From Gemmatimonadaceae bacterium (GTDB taxonomy: Bacteria; Gemmatimonadota; Gemmatimonadetes; Gemmatimonadales; Gemmatimonadaceae), in NCBI GenBank assembly GCA_033763905.1, contig JANRJP010000094.1, positions 1 to 42,472 of the forward strand: a stretch of DNA of 42,472 bases, read 5' to 3'. A program made the position numbers and the translations under genes. The first letter of the stretch is position 1; the number at the start of each line of letters is the position of its first letter. Below are positions 17,368-26,353 of this stretch, in pieces. The notes below the pieces were generated by a model, which was not told where the DNA came from, made no database searches, and worked only from the letters and a program-made list of their open reading frames with translations.

Positions 17368-20300
17368 CTATGCGACGCTGGGGGTCCGTCGCGACTGGCG
17401 TGCGACCCACGAGACAGCCACGATCGTCACCAGCATCCCGACGCCGATCGCGGCCGCATCGGTGGGGTGCACCGCCCGCTGCAGTTCGCGCGCCATCGAG
17501 AACAGCGACGACGCACCGCCGGCGACCACCCACGTCAGCATCGACGTACGGCCGGCCCACCAGAGGGCGCCCGCCGCCAGTCCCAGCGCGGCAGCGTTCA
17601 CCGCCACGCGACTCAGCCACATCGCCGTCGTGGGGACCGAGGCGTCACTGACGACGACGGCGCCGAGCGCAATGAGCAGTGCCGCCACGACCACCTGGCG
17701 CCCGCCGCGCCCCGCGAGTCCACGCACGCTCGCCACGCCCACCACCACCGCCGGCACGCCAACGAACAGCAGCATCAGGCCGTCGGTCGCGCGATCCAGC
17801 AGCGGCACCAGCGCGTCGCGTGAGGGCTGCACCGGCGAGTACGCGCTCGGCCACAGCAGATCGGGGAGAGCCCCAAGCAACGCCAGCCCCCCCGCGACGA
17901 CCACACCCGCCAGCACATCACGGCGACGATCACCGCTGGTGATGGGCATACCGAACTTGCGACGCGCGACCTCGGCCGAGCCCCAGAGTGCAGCCCCGAG
18001 CAGTGCCAACAGGATGAAGCCGAGGCCCTGCAACAGCGTCATCATCTGGTGGCGGTCGTACGGCGTGGCCGTGTCCCAGCCGTGCATCGCCGTAGGCCAG
18101 CCGTTGACACCGTCTCCCAGCAATGCCACCGCGACCACCGCGGCCACGCGCAGCACGTAGCGCCGCTCCCACAGCGGGGACCCGCCGACGCTAGGGCCGC
18201 GGTAGAACCGCACGAGCCCAACGAGCAGTGCCGTGACCACGAGCAGCCCGGCCACGAGCGAGATCGTACCACGTGTCGCGGCGCGTGCCGAGACATCGCG
18301 ATCCCACGACTCCGGCAATTGCAGCGTGTGCCCCGTCGCACGCACGCGGTCGCCCGCGACGACGGCGGTCCGGCGCGCAGTGGCTCCGCCGGGCAGACGC
18401 AGGGTCGTGTCTTCGAAGATGAACTGCACGTCGGTGCGCGCCGCCCGGGCCGTCTCGGTCGTGCCGACCAACACGAGCGGTGGTTCCGATGGCGCCGTCA
18501 ACGCCGCGCGGGCCAACGCCTCGGCCTCAGGGCGCGGCAGCGCGGCCGCGGGTGCGCTGTCGGGGAGCGTGTGTTCCCACGTGTGCGGCGTGCCATCGGG
18601 CAGCAACGCGAATCGCCACGACGCATCACGGTCGGCGACGCTGCCCGACGTACGCACGTAGCGCACCGACCAGTTGCCGCCGTGCAAGTGGCGTTGCTCG
18701 AGCGCGGCGGGGATCGGGTCTACGCCGAACTCTCGCAGGAACCGACGCTCCCGCGCGAAGCTCGTCTGTTCCGCGATCACGAGGCGCGTCCAGTCTGCTG
18801 GGCGCTCCCCGTGCGTCACGAGCAGGGAGTCCGCCGTCCGCACCACGGCCTCGCGTTCGGCCGAGAAACCGGGCGCGATGACGGTACCGCTGCGCCAGAG
18901 CCCCGCGCCGAGGGCCAGCACCGCCGCCACGACGAGTGGCGTGAGGCCAAGCCCAGTCGTCGGCGTCGCGTCTGGCACGGCGTCGGGCATCGCGCTCGCA
19001 GGCGTACGCTCGACAAAGGCCTCATCGAGCGCATCGCGATCGGCCGCCACACCCGTCGCCACGGTCGGCGCCCAATCAGCGAATCGCCGCGGCGTGACTG
19101 TGACTCCGCGATGGCGCCACCACTGCACGACCACGAGCAACGCGGGCGCCAGGCCAACCAACGCCACCACGGCCAAGGCGCGCTGATACTCCGGGGCGGA
19201 GCCGGCCGAGGCGAACAACCCGAAGAGCACCAGATCGTACACGAAGTGCCCCACGATGGTAGTGATCAACCCGACGCGGACGTACAGCAGTCCCCAAATC
19301 ACCGCTTCGAACAGCAGTTCCACGCCGCGCGCGTACGCCGGCCACGACGGGTAGTTTGCGTGCGCGAAGCCGAACGCCAAGCTCGACCCGAGCACCGCCG
19401 CTCCGACCGCGAGATTCGACCAGCGCGATCCCGCCGCCCATCGTGCCACGAACGCGATCGGAATCGCGCGGAACATCACTTCTTCGAGCACGCCGGCCTG
19501 CAGCGAAATGGCCACCGCGTTCACCCACGGCAAGGGCGTGGCGATCTGGTTGGGGTCATCGACCAGTGAACTCGGGGACCACCAGCCAAGCCCGCGCGTG
19601 GTCAGCAGGTAGAACACGCTCACGTAGGCGAGGCCGAACAACGCGACCACGTAACCCGCCAACACCCGACGAGCGACCGGCGGAGCACCGGCATCCGCCA
19701 CCGTCGCCCACCAGTCATAGTGCGAGGGGAAGGCCTCGCGGGTCAGCAACTCGCCCGCGGCGAGGAGAATCGTGCTGACAACCGACATTCCCGCTGCCAC
19801 GACGACCGCGCCGATCCATTGCTGCGCCAGAAACGACCCCGCTGGCGACGCAGTGTCATAGAAGAACCAGGACCCCGGAATCTCATTCAGCGACGCAGCC
19901 CCCAGCAGCACGCCGATCACCGTGCCGGCAATGATCGCCGGGCGCCAGCGCACAGCGCGCCGACGCGACCCGCGCCCCAACGCGATCAAGCCGAGTACGA
20001 ACACCACTGGCACCACCGCGGAGGCGATCGCCGCGTATAACTCGTTGTCGGCGCGCCGCTCGGTATAGCGTCGCGTGAAGGCCTCCGGCACCTTCACCGA
20101 CGGGCGCGCCGCGCCCGCCAGATCGCCGCGCACCACGACGTCGAGGCGCAACGGCGCGGTCGGCGTAATGTTGCGATCCGTCCGTTCGTAGGTGATCGTG
20201 CGATCCACGCGCCCGGAGGTCGGGACGGTCGTGACCGACGTCGCCGCTACACGCCACGTCGCGCCCGGCACAGGCACCCACGCATCGCGGACCGAGTCGG

Positions 20301-20781
20301 CGAGGGCGAGCGCCGCGACCGAATCGAGCGCCGGGCGCACGTCGGCCTCCGCCAGCTGGCGATCAAAGCCCACGACGCGACCGTCGGGCGCGAGTTCCAC
20401 CTGAAGCTCGCGCGGGTCGCCCGAGGTGAAGAACCGCACGGACCACGAGAACAGCGCAAGATCGGTCTTCGAGAGCTCGCGGTCGACTGCGCGTTTGCCT
20501 CCGCCTTCGAGCTCGAGGAAAATCTGCAGTTCCCCGTCGCCATCAAAGCGGACCGCGCTCCGGGTGCCGGCGATCGGCAACCCGTGCGCGAGCGCAAAGG
20601 CGCGCGCGGTGGATTCGGCACTGGCCGCCGTCAGCCGCTGATCCAGCGCGATCGACGGCTGCGCTTCCGGAAAGAGGCGCCACGCGATCGCTGCGAAGGC
20701 CAGGGCGCCGACCAGGAGCAGCGCGTCCACGACGCGACGCGCGGCGCGGGGAGAAGACTCAGGCACGGCAGGTGACCTCAC
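17368..20781 (-). CDS. Large CPBP (CAAX/Abi type II) intramembrane glutamic endopeptidase family protein
   Basis: AGVLEEVMFRA (EExxxR), FGFAH, HFVYD motifs; many TM helices. The start could be 20781 or slightly downstream. Confidence 0.85.
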   Translation of the reverse strand: MRSPAVPESSPRAARRVVDALLLVGALAFAAIAWRLFPEAQPSIALDQRLTAASAESTARAFALAHGLPIAGTRSAVRFDGDGELQIFLELEGGGKRAVDRELSKTDLALFSWSVRFFTSGDPRELQVELAPDGRVVGFDRQLAEADVRPALDSVAALALADSVRDAWVPVPGATWRVAATSVTTVPTSGRVDRTITYERTDRNITPTAPLRLDVVVRGDLAGAARPSVKVPEAFTRRYTERRADNELYAAIASAVVPVVFVLGLIALGRGSRRRAVRWRPAIIAGTVIGVLLGAASLNEIPGSWFFYDTASPAGSFLAQQWIGAVVVAAGMSVVSTILLAAGELLTREAFPSHYDWWATVADAGAPPVARRVLAGYVVALFGLAYVSVFYLLTTRGLGWWSPSSLVDDPNQIATPLPWVNAVAISLQAGVLEEVMFRAIPIAFVARWAAGSRWSNLAVGAAVLGSSLAFGFAHANYPSWPAYARGVELLFEAVIWGLLYVRVGLITTIVGHFVYDLVLFGLFASAGSAPEYQRALAVVALVGLAPALLVVVQWWRHRGVTVTPRRFADWAPTVATGVAADRDALDEAFVERTPASAMPDAVPDATPTTGLGLTPLVVAAVLALGAGLWRSGTVIAPGFSAEREAVVRTADSLLVTHGERPADWTRLVIAEQTSFARERRFLREFGVDPIPAALEQRHLHGGNWSVRYVRTSGSVADRDASWRFALLPDGTPHTWEHTLPDSAPAAALPRPEAEALARAALTAPSEPPLVLVGTTETARAARTDVQFIFEDTTLRLPGGATARRTAVVAGDRVRATGHTLQLPESWDRDVSARAATRGTISLVAGLLVVTALLVGLVRFYRGPSVGGSPLWERRYVLRVAAVVAVALLGDGVNGWPTAMHGWDTATPYDRHQMMTLLQGLGFILLALLGAALWGSAEVARRKFGMPITSGDRRRDVLAGVVVAGGLALLGALPDLLWPSAYSPVQPSRDALVPLLDRATDGLMLLFVGVPAVVVGVASVRGLAGRGGRQVVVAALLIALGAVVVSDASVPTTAMWLSRVAVNAAALGLAAGALWWAGRTSMLTWVVAGGASSLFSMARELQRAVHPTDAAAIGVGMLVTIVAVSWVARQSRRTPSVA

Positions 20782-21738
20782 TCAAGGGGAGACGTCAACA
20801 GCACGCGGCAACATCGAGATGAACCGGAGGACGGGCGCCAGCGTTGCCGCCGGGGCCTCCTCGTGCGGGACGTGCCCGGCGTCCGGAATCATCGCCAGAC
20901 TCGCCCCGGGAATACGGCGCACGAATTCGGTCGCGAGCGCCGCCGGAATCCAGGTATCGGCCGCTCCCCACACCACGAGGGTCGGCACCGCCAAACGCTC
21001 GAGCGGCGCGTCCGCGGCGTAGCGCTGCCCTTGCACGCGGCGCACGAACGCGTCGCGCGCGCCCGGACGGCGCAACAAGGCCCAATAGCGATCCACCAAC
21101 GTGTCGGACACCAAGGCGTCGTTCGCGTACACATCGAGCAGCGACTTGCGCACGAGCGCTCGAGGCGACACGACGCGTACCAGTGCGTTCACCACCGGGG
21201 TGCGCGCGATCCGCATCGCCATCGGCGGCGGCGCGTCGATCGGCAGCCCGGCGGGGTCGACCAGCACCAGGCCTCGCACCCGCGCTGGCGCGCGGAGCGC
21301 GAACTGCCACGCGACTTCGCCGCCGAGCGAGTTGCCGACGAGGATCGCCGACGGGACCTGCAGCGCATCGAGCGCAGCACCGACGAATGCCGTGAGGGCT
21401 TCGATCGAGTAGTCGCCGGTGGCCGACGGCCCGGTCAGGCCAAAGCCGGGCAGATCAAAGCGCACCACGCGGAACGAATCGCGCAACGCGACCGCCCACG
21501 CGTCCCACGTGTGGAGCGACGCTCCAGTGCCGTGGATCAGCACGATCGCCGGTCCCGCGCCCTCGTCGCGCACGTGCACGCGCTGCGTGCCGACCTGGAC
21601 GAAGCGCGACGCGCCGTCCGCATAGCGACGCTCCAACGCCGCCGTGGGCAGATCGGGCGTGTACGCCAGCCATCCGAGCGCGAGCACCACGACCGCCGCC
21701 ACGACCCCAAGTCGCCGTGTGCGACCGCGCACGGTCAT
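20782..21738 (-). CDS. Alpha/beta-fold hydrolase with N-terminal anchor
   Basis: LIHG, DLPGFG, GNSLGG nucleophile elbow, WGAAD, GHVPHEE. ATG at 21738. Confidence 0.9.
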   Translation of the reverse strand: MTVRGRTRRLGVVAAVVVLALGWLAYTPDLPTAALERRYADGASRFVQVGTQRVHVRDEGAGPAIVLIHGTGASLHTWDAWAVALRDSFRVVRFDLPGFGLTGPSATGDYSIEALTAFVGAALDALQVPSAILVGNSLGGEVAWQFALRAPARVRGLVLVDPAGLPIDAPPPMAMRIARTPVVNALVRVVSPRALVRKSLLDVYANDALVSDTLVDRYWALLRRPGARDAFVRRVQGQRYAADAPLERLAVPTLVVWGAADTWIPAALATEFVRRIPGASLAMIPDAGHVPHEEAPAATLAPVLRFISMLPRAVDVSP

Positions 21739-21757
21739 CGGTTCCGACGACGGCCGA

Positions 21758-22291
21758 CTACCATCCGTTGCGCGCGCGCAGATGCGTGATGTGCGCGACG
21801 TGATGATCACCGTGCCACGCGTACAACGCCAGCAGCGTATCAACGCGCATATCGCCCGAATCGGGGTGCTTGAGCGGGCGCCCGAACTCGGCGTCGCCCA
21901 TCGTGCGCCACAGCGTGACGAATCGCCCGTGCAGCGCATCGAGCAAGCCGAGGGCGTTGCTCACCGGTGTCTTCGACACATCCGGCAGCTGCGCCCACGC
22001 CACTTCATCGTACGGCTTGATGGTCGGATGGGTCTCGGTGAGCGCCAGCTTCACGCGGATGTAGGCGTTCATATGCGAATCCGGGAGGTGGTGCGCGACC
22101 TGCCGCACGGTCCATCCGCCGTCGCGATAGGGCGTATCCAACTGCGCTTCAGTAAGGCCGTCGAGCGCCTGCCGCATCGCCGAGGGCAAGGCCGCGAAGC
22201 GATCGATCATTGCCATCCGCTCGAACGGCGCCGGGGGCGCCGCGGGACGCTGGAAGCGGCCGATCGGGTACCGAAGATCGAGGTCAGTCAT
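21758..22291 (-). CDS. YfiT/DinB-family putative bacillithiol transferase
   Basis: DLRYPIGRF, LDTPYRDGGWTVRQVAHHLPDSH, IKPYDE..WA.L.D, YAWHGDHHVAHI. ATG at 22291. Confidence 0.9.
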   Translation of the reverse strand: MTDLDLRYPIGRFQRPAAPPAPFERMAMIDRFAALPSAMRQALDGLTEAQLDTPYRDGGWTVRQVAHHLPDSHMNAYIRVKLALTETHPTIKPYDEVAWAQLPDVSKTPVSNALGLLDALHGRFVTLWRTMGDAEFGRPLKHPDSGDMRVDTLLALYAWHGDHHVAHITHLRARNGW

Positions 22292-23055
22292 CAGAACGTC
22301 ACCTGGATACCGGTGGTGAACACGTAGTCCGTGTTCTTGAAACGCTCCGCCGGCGTGACACCGGGACGGAACGGCGGACGCGCCTGATACCGGATCAGGT
22401 ACGACAGCTTGATCGAAAGGGCCTTGGACAGCGGCGCGACGATCGCGGTTTCGCTGTTTGCGCGCCAGTCGCCCGTGTCCTGCAGGTTCGACGTGAACTC
22501 GTCGGTGTGCGCGACGTAGGCCCGATCGCTGAACTTGTGCTTGTACGCCGCCGCCAGCCGCCCCGCCGCGAAATCGAGCTGCGAGCCATCCAGGTTCCCC
22601 TGCTGCACGAAGCCGCCACCGACGTCGAAGCTGAGCGAATCGGCAGTCGACGCCACCGCACGCCAATTGGCACCGACTTGCTCCTCGAACTTGTTCTTGA
22701 TGCCGCCGAACCGGTTGCGGTCCCAGGTCAGGACGCTGAACAGCGTGAAGTGCTTGCTGATCGTCAGATCCGCGCGGCCCGCCACCCGATAGAACTCGGC
22801 GTTGGCGCTGCCGCTCGCTTCGGAATACACCGCGTTGAACTGCTGCGTGAAGAGCCACGAGCCCGTCTTGTACGTGAACTTGTCACCGACGGAGAGCGTC
22901 GTGAGCTGCTGGTTGCCCGACACCGAGACGTAGCCCAGATCGGCCGTCAGCGTGTACGGCTTCGGGCGCGGCGCCTCCTGCGCCACCAGCAGACCGGCCG
23001 AGCAGCAGAGCCACGCGGCCACACCACGGACAGTTCGGACAGACAGCGTACGCAT
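22291..23055 (-). CDS. DUF481 (YdiY-like) outer-membrane beta-barrel protein
   Basis: Signal peptide, DLGYVSVSGN, DRNRFGGI, alternating beta-strands, C-terminal Phe (GIQVTF). Confidence 0.8.
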   Translation of the reverse strand: MRTLSVRTVRGVAAWLCCSAGLLVAQEAPRPKPYTLTADLGYVSVSGNQQLTTLSVGDKFTYKTGSWLFTQQFNAVYSEASGSANAEFYRVAGRADLTISKHFTLFSVLTWDRNRFGGIKNKFEEQVGANWRAVASTADSLSFDVGGGFVQQGNLDGSQLDFAAGRLAAAYKHKFSDRAYVAHTDEFTSNLQDTGDWRANSETAIVAPLSKALSIKLSYLIRYQARPPFRPGVTPAERFKNTDYVFTTGIQVTF

Positions 23056-23067
23056 CGGGCGTCGGGT

Positions 23068-23799
23068 TCAGCGAATCAGGGAGGCGGCCGCCAGGTCGAC
23101 CAGCAGCAGCGCCACGAGGATGGTCATCAGTTTGAGGCCGCCGTACAACCGGCTCAGGGCCTCGTACTTCTTCACGTTGATGCCGGCAATCACGTGGACC
23201 TGCGACGCGAGCTCGGCATTCAGGTTGTCGAGCCGCAGTTCCTGCCACGCCGCCGCATACTTCGCGGCCGATCGCGCCACGATCGCCTGATAGTACCGCA
23301 CCTGCGCGGACTCGCCCGGACGCACCGGACCCGGCTCGGCCATCCGGCCACCGACGCGCGGTCGCAGGGCCTCGATCGCCTGCACGAAGTAGTACAGCGC
23401 CGCGAGGGCGTAGATCGCCAGCAGCGCGATCATCGCACGCTCCGGCAGATTCGACGCCAACCGCAGGTCGAAGGCCCCCCGCGACGCCAGAATCAGCACC
23501 GCCGCGTTGAGCGCACCCATAATGACCAGCGCGAACCGCGCCTTCTTGTCCGCCAGCTCGACGAGATCCTGTTCCGAGTCGAGTGCGTCTGACAAGGCCT
23601 TGTACCGCGTGTAGGGATCGAGCGGCAGCTCGGCCTGCTCGCGGAGCTTCTGCTCCTTCTTGCGGCGCTTCTGTTCGCCATCGTCCGGGGTGTCGCTCTC
23701 GGGAGCGAGCCACCCCGGCGTCGGGCGCATTGTGACGACGTCGGGGGGCACCGCCGTCGGGGGCGGCGACGACGCGGTGGCGCGGTCGGCAGAAGACAT
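23068..23799 (-). CDS. Pycsar effector-like (DUF5706/PycTM) membrane protein
   Basis: LADKKA before TM1, LRPR after TM2, RYYQAI, ASQVH..A.I..KKY before TM3, as in the DUF5706 pattern. Confidence 0.7.
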   Translation of the reverse strand: MSSADRATASSPPPTAVPPDVVTMRPTPGWLAPESDTPDDGEQKRRKKEQKLREQAELPLDPYTRYKALSDALDSEQDLVELADKKARFALVIMGALNAAVLILASRGAFDLRLASNLPERAMIALLAIYALAALYYFVQAIEALRPRVGGRMAEPGPVRPGESAQVRYYQAIVARSAAKYAAAWQELRLDNLNAELASQVHVIAGINVKKYEALSRLYGGLKLMTILVALLLVDLAAASLIR

Positions 23800-23847
23800 T
23801 CCGCCTACCGTAACGCGCCCGAAAGCTCTGCGCCAGCGGAGCCCGAC

Positions 23848-24120
23848 CTACTTCAGGAGATCCCGAAGTCGCGTGAACCCGAGCCGGACCTCGTCAGCGA
23901 GCGCCTTGGCCTTCTCGCCCACATCCTCCAGCACCTCGCCCGCGGGACCACGTGCGGCCTCAAGCTTGGCGCGGAGCTCCTGCAATCGGCCGTTCGCTTC
24001 CTCCCAGCGTTCCTGCGCTTCGGCCTTCCCGAGAGCCGCCTGCACCCGCAGTTCGTCGGCCTCGCGCTGCAACGTCTCGAGCAGTGCGTCCAGCTTGGCC
24101 CGTGCGTCGTCGATGTTCAT
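23848..24120 (-). CDS. Small helical/coiled-coil hypothetical protein
   Basis: 90-aa amphipathic ORF (DELRVQAALGKAEAQERWEE) with a GGAG SD-like sequence upstream; fills the intergenic gap. Confidence 0.75.
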   Translation of the reverse strand: MNIDDARAKLDALLETLQREADELRVQAALGKAEAQERWEEANGRLQELRAKLEAARGPAGEVLEDVGEKAKALADEVRLGFTRLRDLLK

Positions 24121-24150
24121 TCCAGCTCCCGGCGGCCGCGGCCGCCACGG

Positions 24151-24657
24151 TCAGGGATCGCGCGAAGGGCGCGGGATCGAGGAGTGGCGTGCCGCCAATT
24201 GCCAGCGCGCGCCCCGCCGCACCCACGTATCCGTAATGTCGTACGTCGACTGCTCGACCAGAGTTGCACCGTCCCGTACGGTCCAGCGAACCCGCGCCAC
24301 CAACGTCACGACCCCCGGCGCGTGCACCCGCCCTTCGGCAGACTCGAGCACACCGGCATCGACACTCCGCCGATCGAGAAGCCCCGCGACCCACGCACTG
24401 CGCGGAATGCGCTCGCCCTCGGCCGCACTCACCAGCAGGAACTGCGGGGCCAGCAGCCGCTCCAGCGCGGCACGGTCACGAGCCGACATCGCCTGCAACA
24501 GCGCCTGCTCGGCCGAAAGCACCGCCTGCACCTCGGCTGGCCCCCTGGCGCCGGCACTGCGAGCCGCCGTCGACTGCGCGCGCGCCGATGGCGTCCCCAG
24601 CGCCAGCCACGCGCCGACGAGCAGACCCAACCCCCGTGGTCCCAACGCGTGTCGCAT
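24151..24657 (-). CDS. Secreted NTF2-like (DUF4440) protein
   Basis: Signal peptide, RDRAALERLLAPQF, TDTWVRRGARWQLAARHSS. ATG at 24657 overlaps the upstream TAA. Confidence 0.8.
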   Translation of the reverse strand: MRHALGPRGLGLLVGAWLALGTPSARAQSTAARSAGARGPAEVQAVLSAEQALLQAMSARDRAALERLLAPQFLLVSAAEGERIPRSAWVAGLLDRRSVDAGVLESAEGRVHAPGVVTLVARVRWTVRDGATLVEQSTYDITDTWVRRGARWQLAARHSSIPRPSRDP

Positions 24658-25319
24658 TATCGCCCTCCCTCGTCCAACGCTTGCAAGAAGACCTCGGTCG
24701 GCTGCGCCCCCGAGACGCCGAGCACGCCGTTGACCACCACGAACGGTACGCCGCGAATGCCCAGTCGGGACGCCATCACCCGCGATTGCTCGACCATCGC
24801 CTCGCCTTCGCGCGAGTCGAGCCACGCGGCGGCCGCCTCGCGCGGCATCCCCTGTGCCTCGGCAATCCCGAGCAGTGCGTCGCGATCCGAGACGTCGACA
24901 CCATCGCGGAAGTAGGCCTCGAACAACGCGTGTGCGACCGCCCATTCGCGGCCGTGCGATCGCGCGAAGAGAATCAGCCGATGCGCATCGCGCGTATTCG
25001 ACGCCCGGGTGATGCGATCAAAGCGGAACTCGAGCCCGTCCTGCGCCCCAACCGAGGCGACGTGCGCGAACATCGGCGCCGCCCGATCGATGCCGCCGAA
25101 CTTGCCATCGACGAACGCTGCCCACGGGATCCCAGCGGGCGGCAGGTCCGGCTGCAGCAGAAACGGTCGCCAGTGCCGCTCGACGCGCAGTTCCGGCCGC
25201 GCCGCCAAGGCACGCTCCAGCCGCTGTTCGCCAATCCAGCACCACGGGCACGCCACATCGGCGTAGACCTCGATCGTCAACGTCTCGCGCGACGTTTCCA
25301 CCACGGCCGACTCGTCCAT
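24657..25319 (-). CDS. DsbA-family oxidoreductase (FrnE-like)
   Basis: IEVYADVACPWCWIG, WRPFLLQP, NTRDAHRL, GIRGVPF, SGAQP. ATG at 25319. Confidence 0.9.
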   Translation of the reverse strand: MDESAVVETSRETLTIEVYADVACPWCWIGEQRLERALAARPELRVERHWRPFLLQPDLPPAGIPWAAFVDGKFGGIDRAAPMFAHVASVGAQDGLEFRFDRITRASNTRDAHRLILFARSHGREWAVAHALFEAYFRDGVDVSDRDALLGIAEAQGMPREAAAAWLDSREGEAMVEQSRVMASRLGIRGVPFVVVNGVLGVSGAQPTEVFLQALDEGGR

Positions 25320-25399
25320 ACCGAACAACTTCTGCACTTTGGCGGTGGGATGGGAGTCCCCTGCCTCGCGCGGCACCTGAATGCGACATTTCGTCCGCA

Positions 25400-26350
25400 A
25401 TGCCCCGGGACGCCCGCCTCGCCACCGCGCTCGCCGATTTCGCCGCGGCACACCCCCGGTGGCGCACCCGGTTTGCCCCGGCGCCGACGGGGTGGCTGCA
25501 TTTGGGACACGCCGTGAATGCGGTCTGGGTCTGGAGCGTCGCGCAGGCGTTCGGTGGCCGCGTGCTCCTGCGCATCGAGGACCACGACCGCACGCGATGC
25601 CGACCCGAGTACGAGCACGGCATCCTCGAAGACCTCGACTGGCTTGGCCTCGTCCCCGACGAGTACCCCACGGACTCGTACCGGGTCGCGGGACCACACC
25701 CCGCACGACAGTCCGACCACGGGGCCCGGTACGCCGGCGCGCTCGAGGCCCTCGCGCAGCGGGGCTTGGTGTACGCCTGCCAGTGCTCGCGTCGCGAGAT
25801 CGCGCGCGCCGTGGGCGCTGCGGACGATCCCGCCGCTGGCGTCGAACGTGCATACCCGGGCACCTGCCGCGAGGCCGCCGTGGACGGTACGGCACATCTC
25901 GGGCGCCGTATTCGACTCGGCGACCCGACGGTGCGAATCCACGATCTGCGGCACGGCGACGAGGAGCAGCGACCCGCCGCGCAGTGCGGCGATCTGCTGG
26001 CGAGAGATCGGCACGGAGCGTGGACGTATCAGTTCGCGGTCGTCGTCGATGACCTCGCCCAGGGCGTCGATCTCATCATTCGCGGCGATGACCTGCGCGC
26101 ATCCAGCGGCCGCCAGCAGCGCCTCGCATCGCTGCTCGGCGGCGTTGCCCCCACGGTGCTGCATCACCCGCTGGTCCGGCGTCCCGATGGCGCCAAGCTC
26201 AGCAAGTCGAATCACGATACGGGCCTGCGCGAGTTGCGCGCCGCCGGCCGCAGCGCCGACGAAGTACTCGGGCTCGCCGCGATGCTTGGCGGCCTGCAGG
26301 ACACCCCGACGCCGCGCACCGCCGAGGCGCTCCGCGCATTATGGTTCTGA
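25400..26350 (+). CDS. gluQ: tRNA glutamyl-Q(34) synthetase (GluQ-RS)
   Basis: RFAPAPTGWLHLGH, LRIEDHD, CQCSR...YPGTCR, YQFAVVVDD, RGDDL, KLSKS; no anticodon-binding domain (316 aa). Confidence 0.85.
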   Translation: MPRDARLATALADFAAAHPRWRTRFAPAPTGWLHLGHAVNAVWVWSVAQAFGGRVLLRIEDHDRTRCRPEYEHGILEDLDWLGLVPDEYPTDSYRVAGPHPARQSDHGARYAGALEALAQRGLVYACQCSRREIARAVGAADDPAAGVERAYPGTCREAAVDGTAHLGRRIRLGDPTVRIHDLRHGDEEQRPAAQCGDLLARDRHGAWTYQFAVVVDDLAQGVDLIIRGDDLRASSGRQQRLASLLGGVAPTVLHHPLVRRPDGAKLSKSNHDTGLRELRAAGRSADEVLGLAAMLGGLQDTPTPRTAEALRALWF

Positions 26351-26353
26351 CCG

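Noticed and set aside
21758..24120. Defence island around the DUF5706 gene
   Set aside because: YfiT is the thiol transferase sometimes called BstA, unrelated to the anti-phage BstA. Neighbours are housekeeping-like, with no obvious GC shift or mobility genes.
24131..24146. Perfect 16-bp palindrome GGCGGCCGCGGCCGCC
   Set aside because: All-GC and loopless; plausible by chance at this GC content, with no supporting copies.
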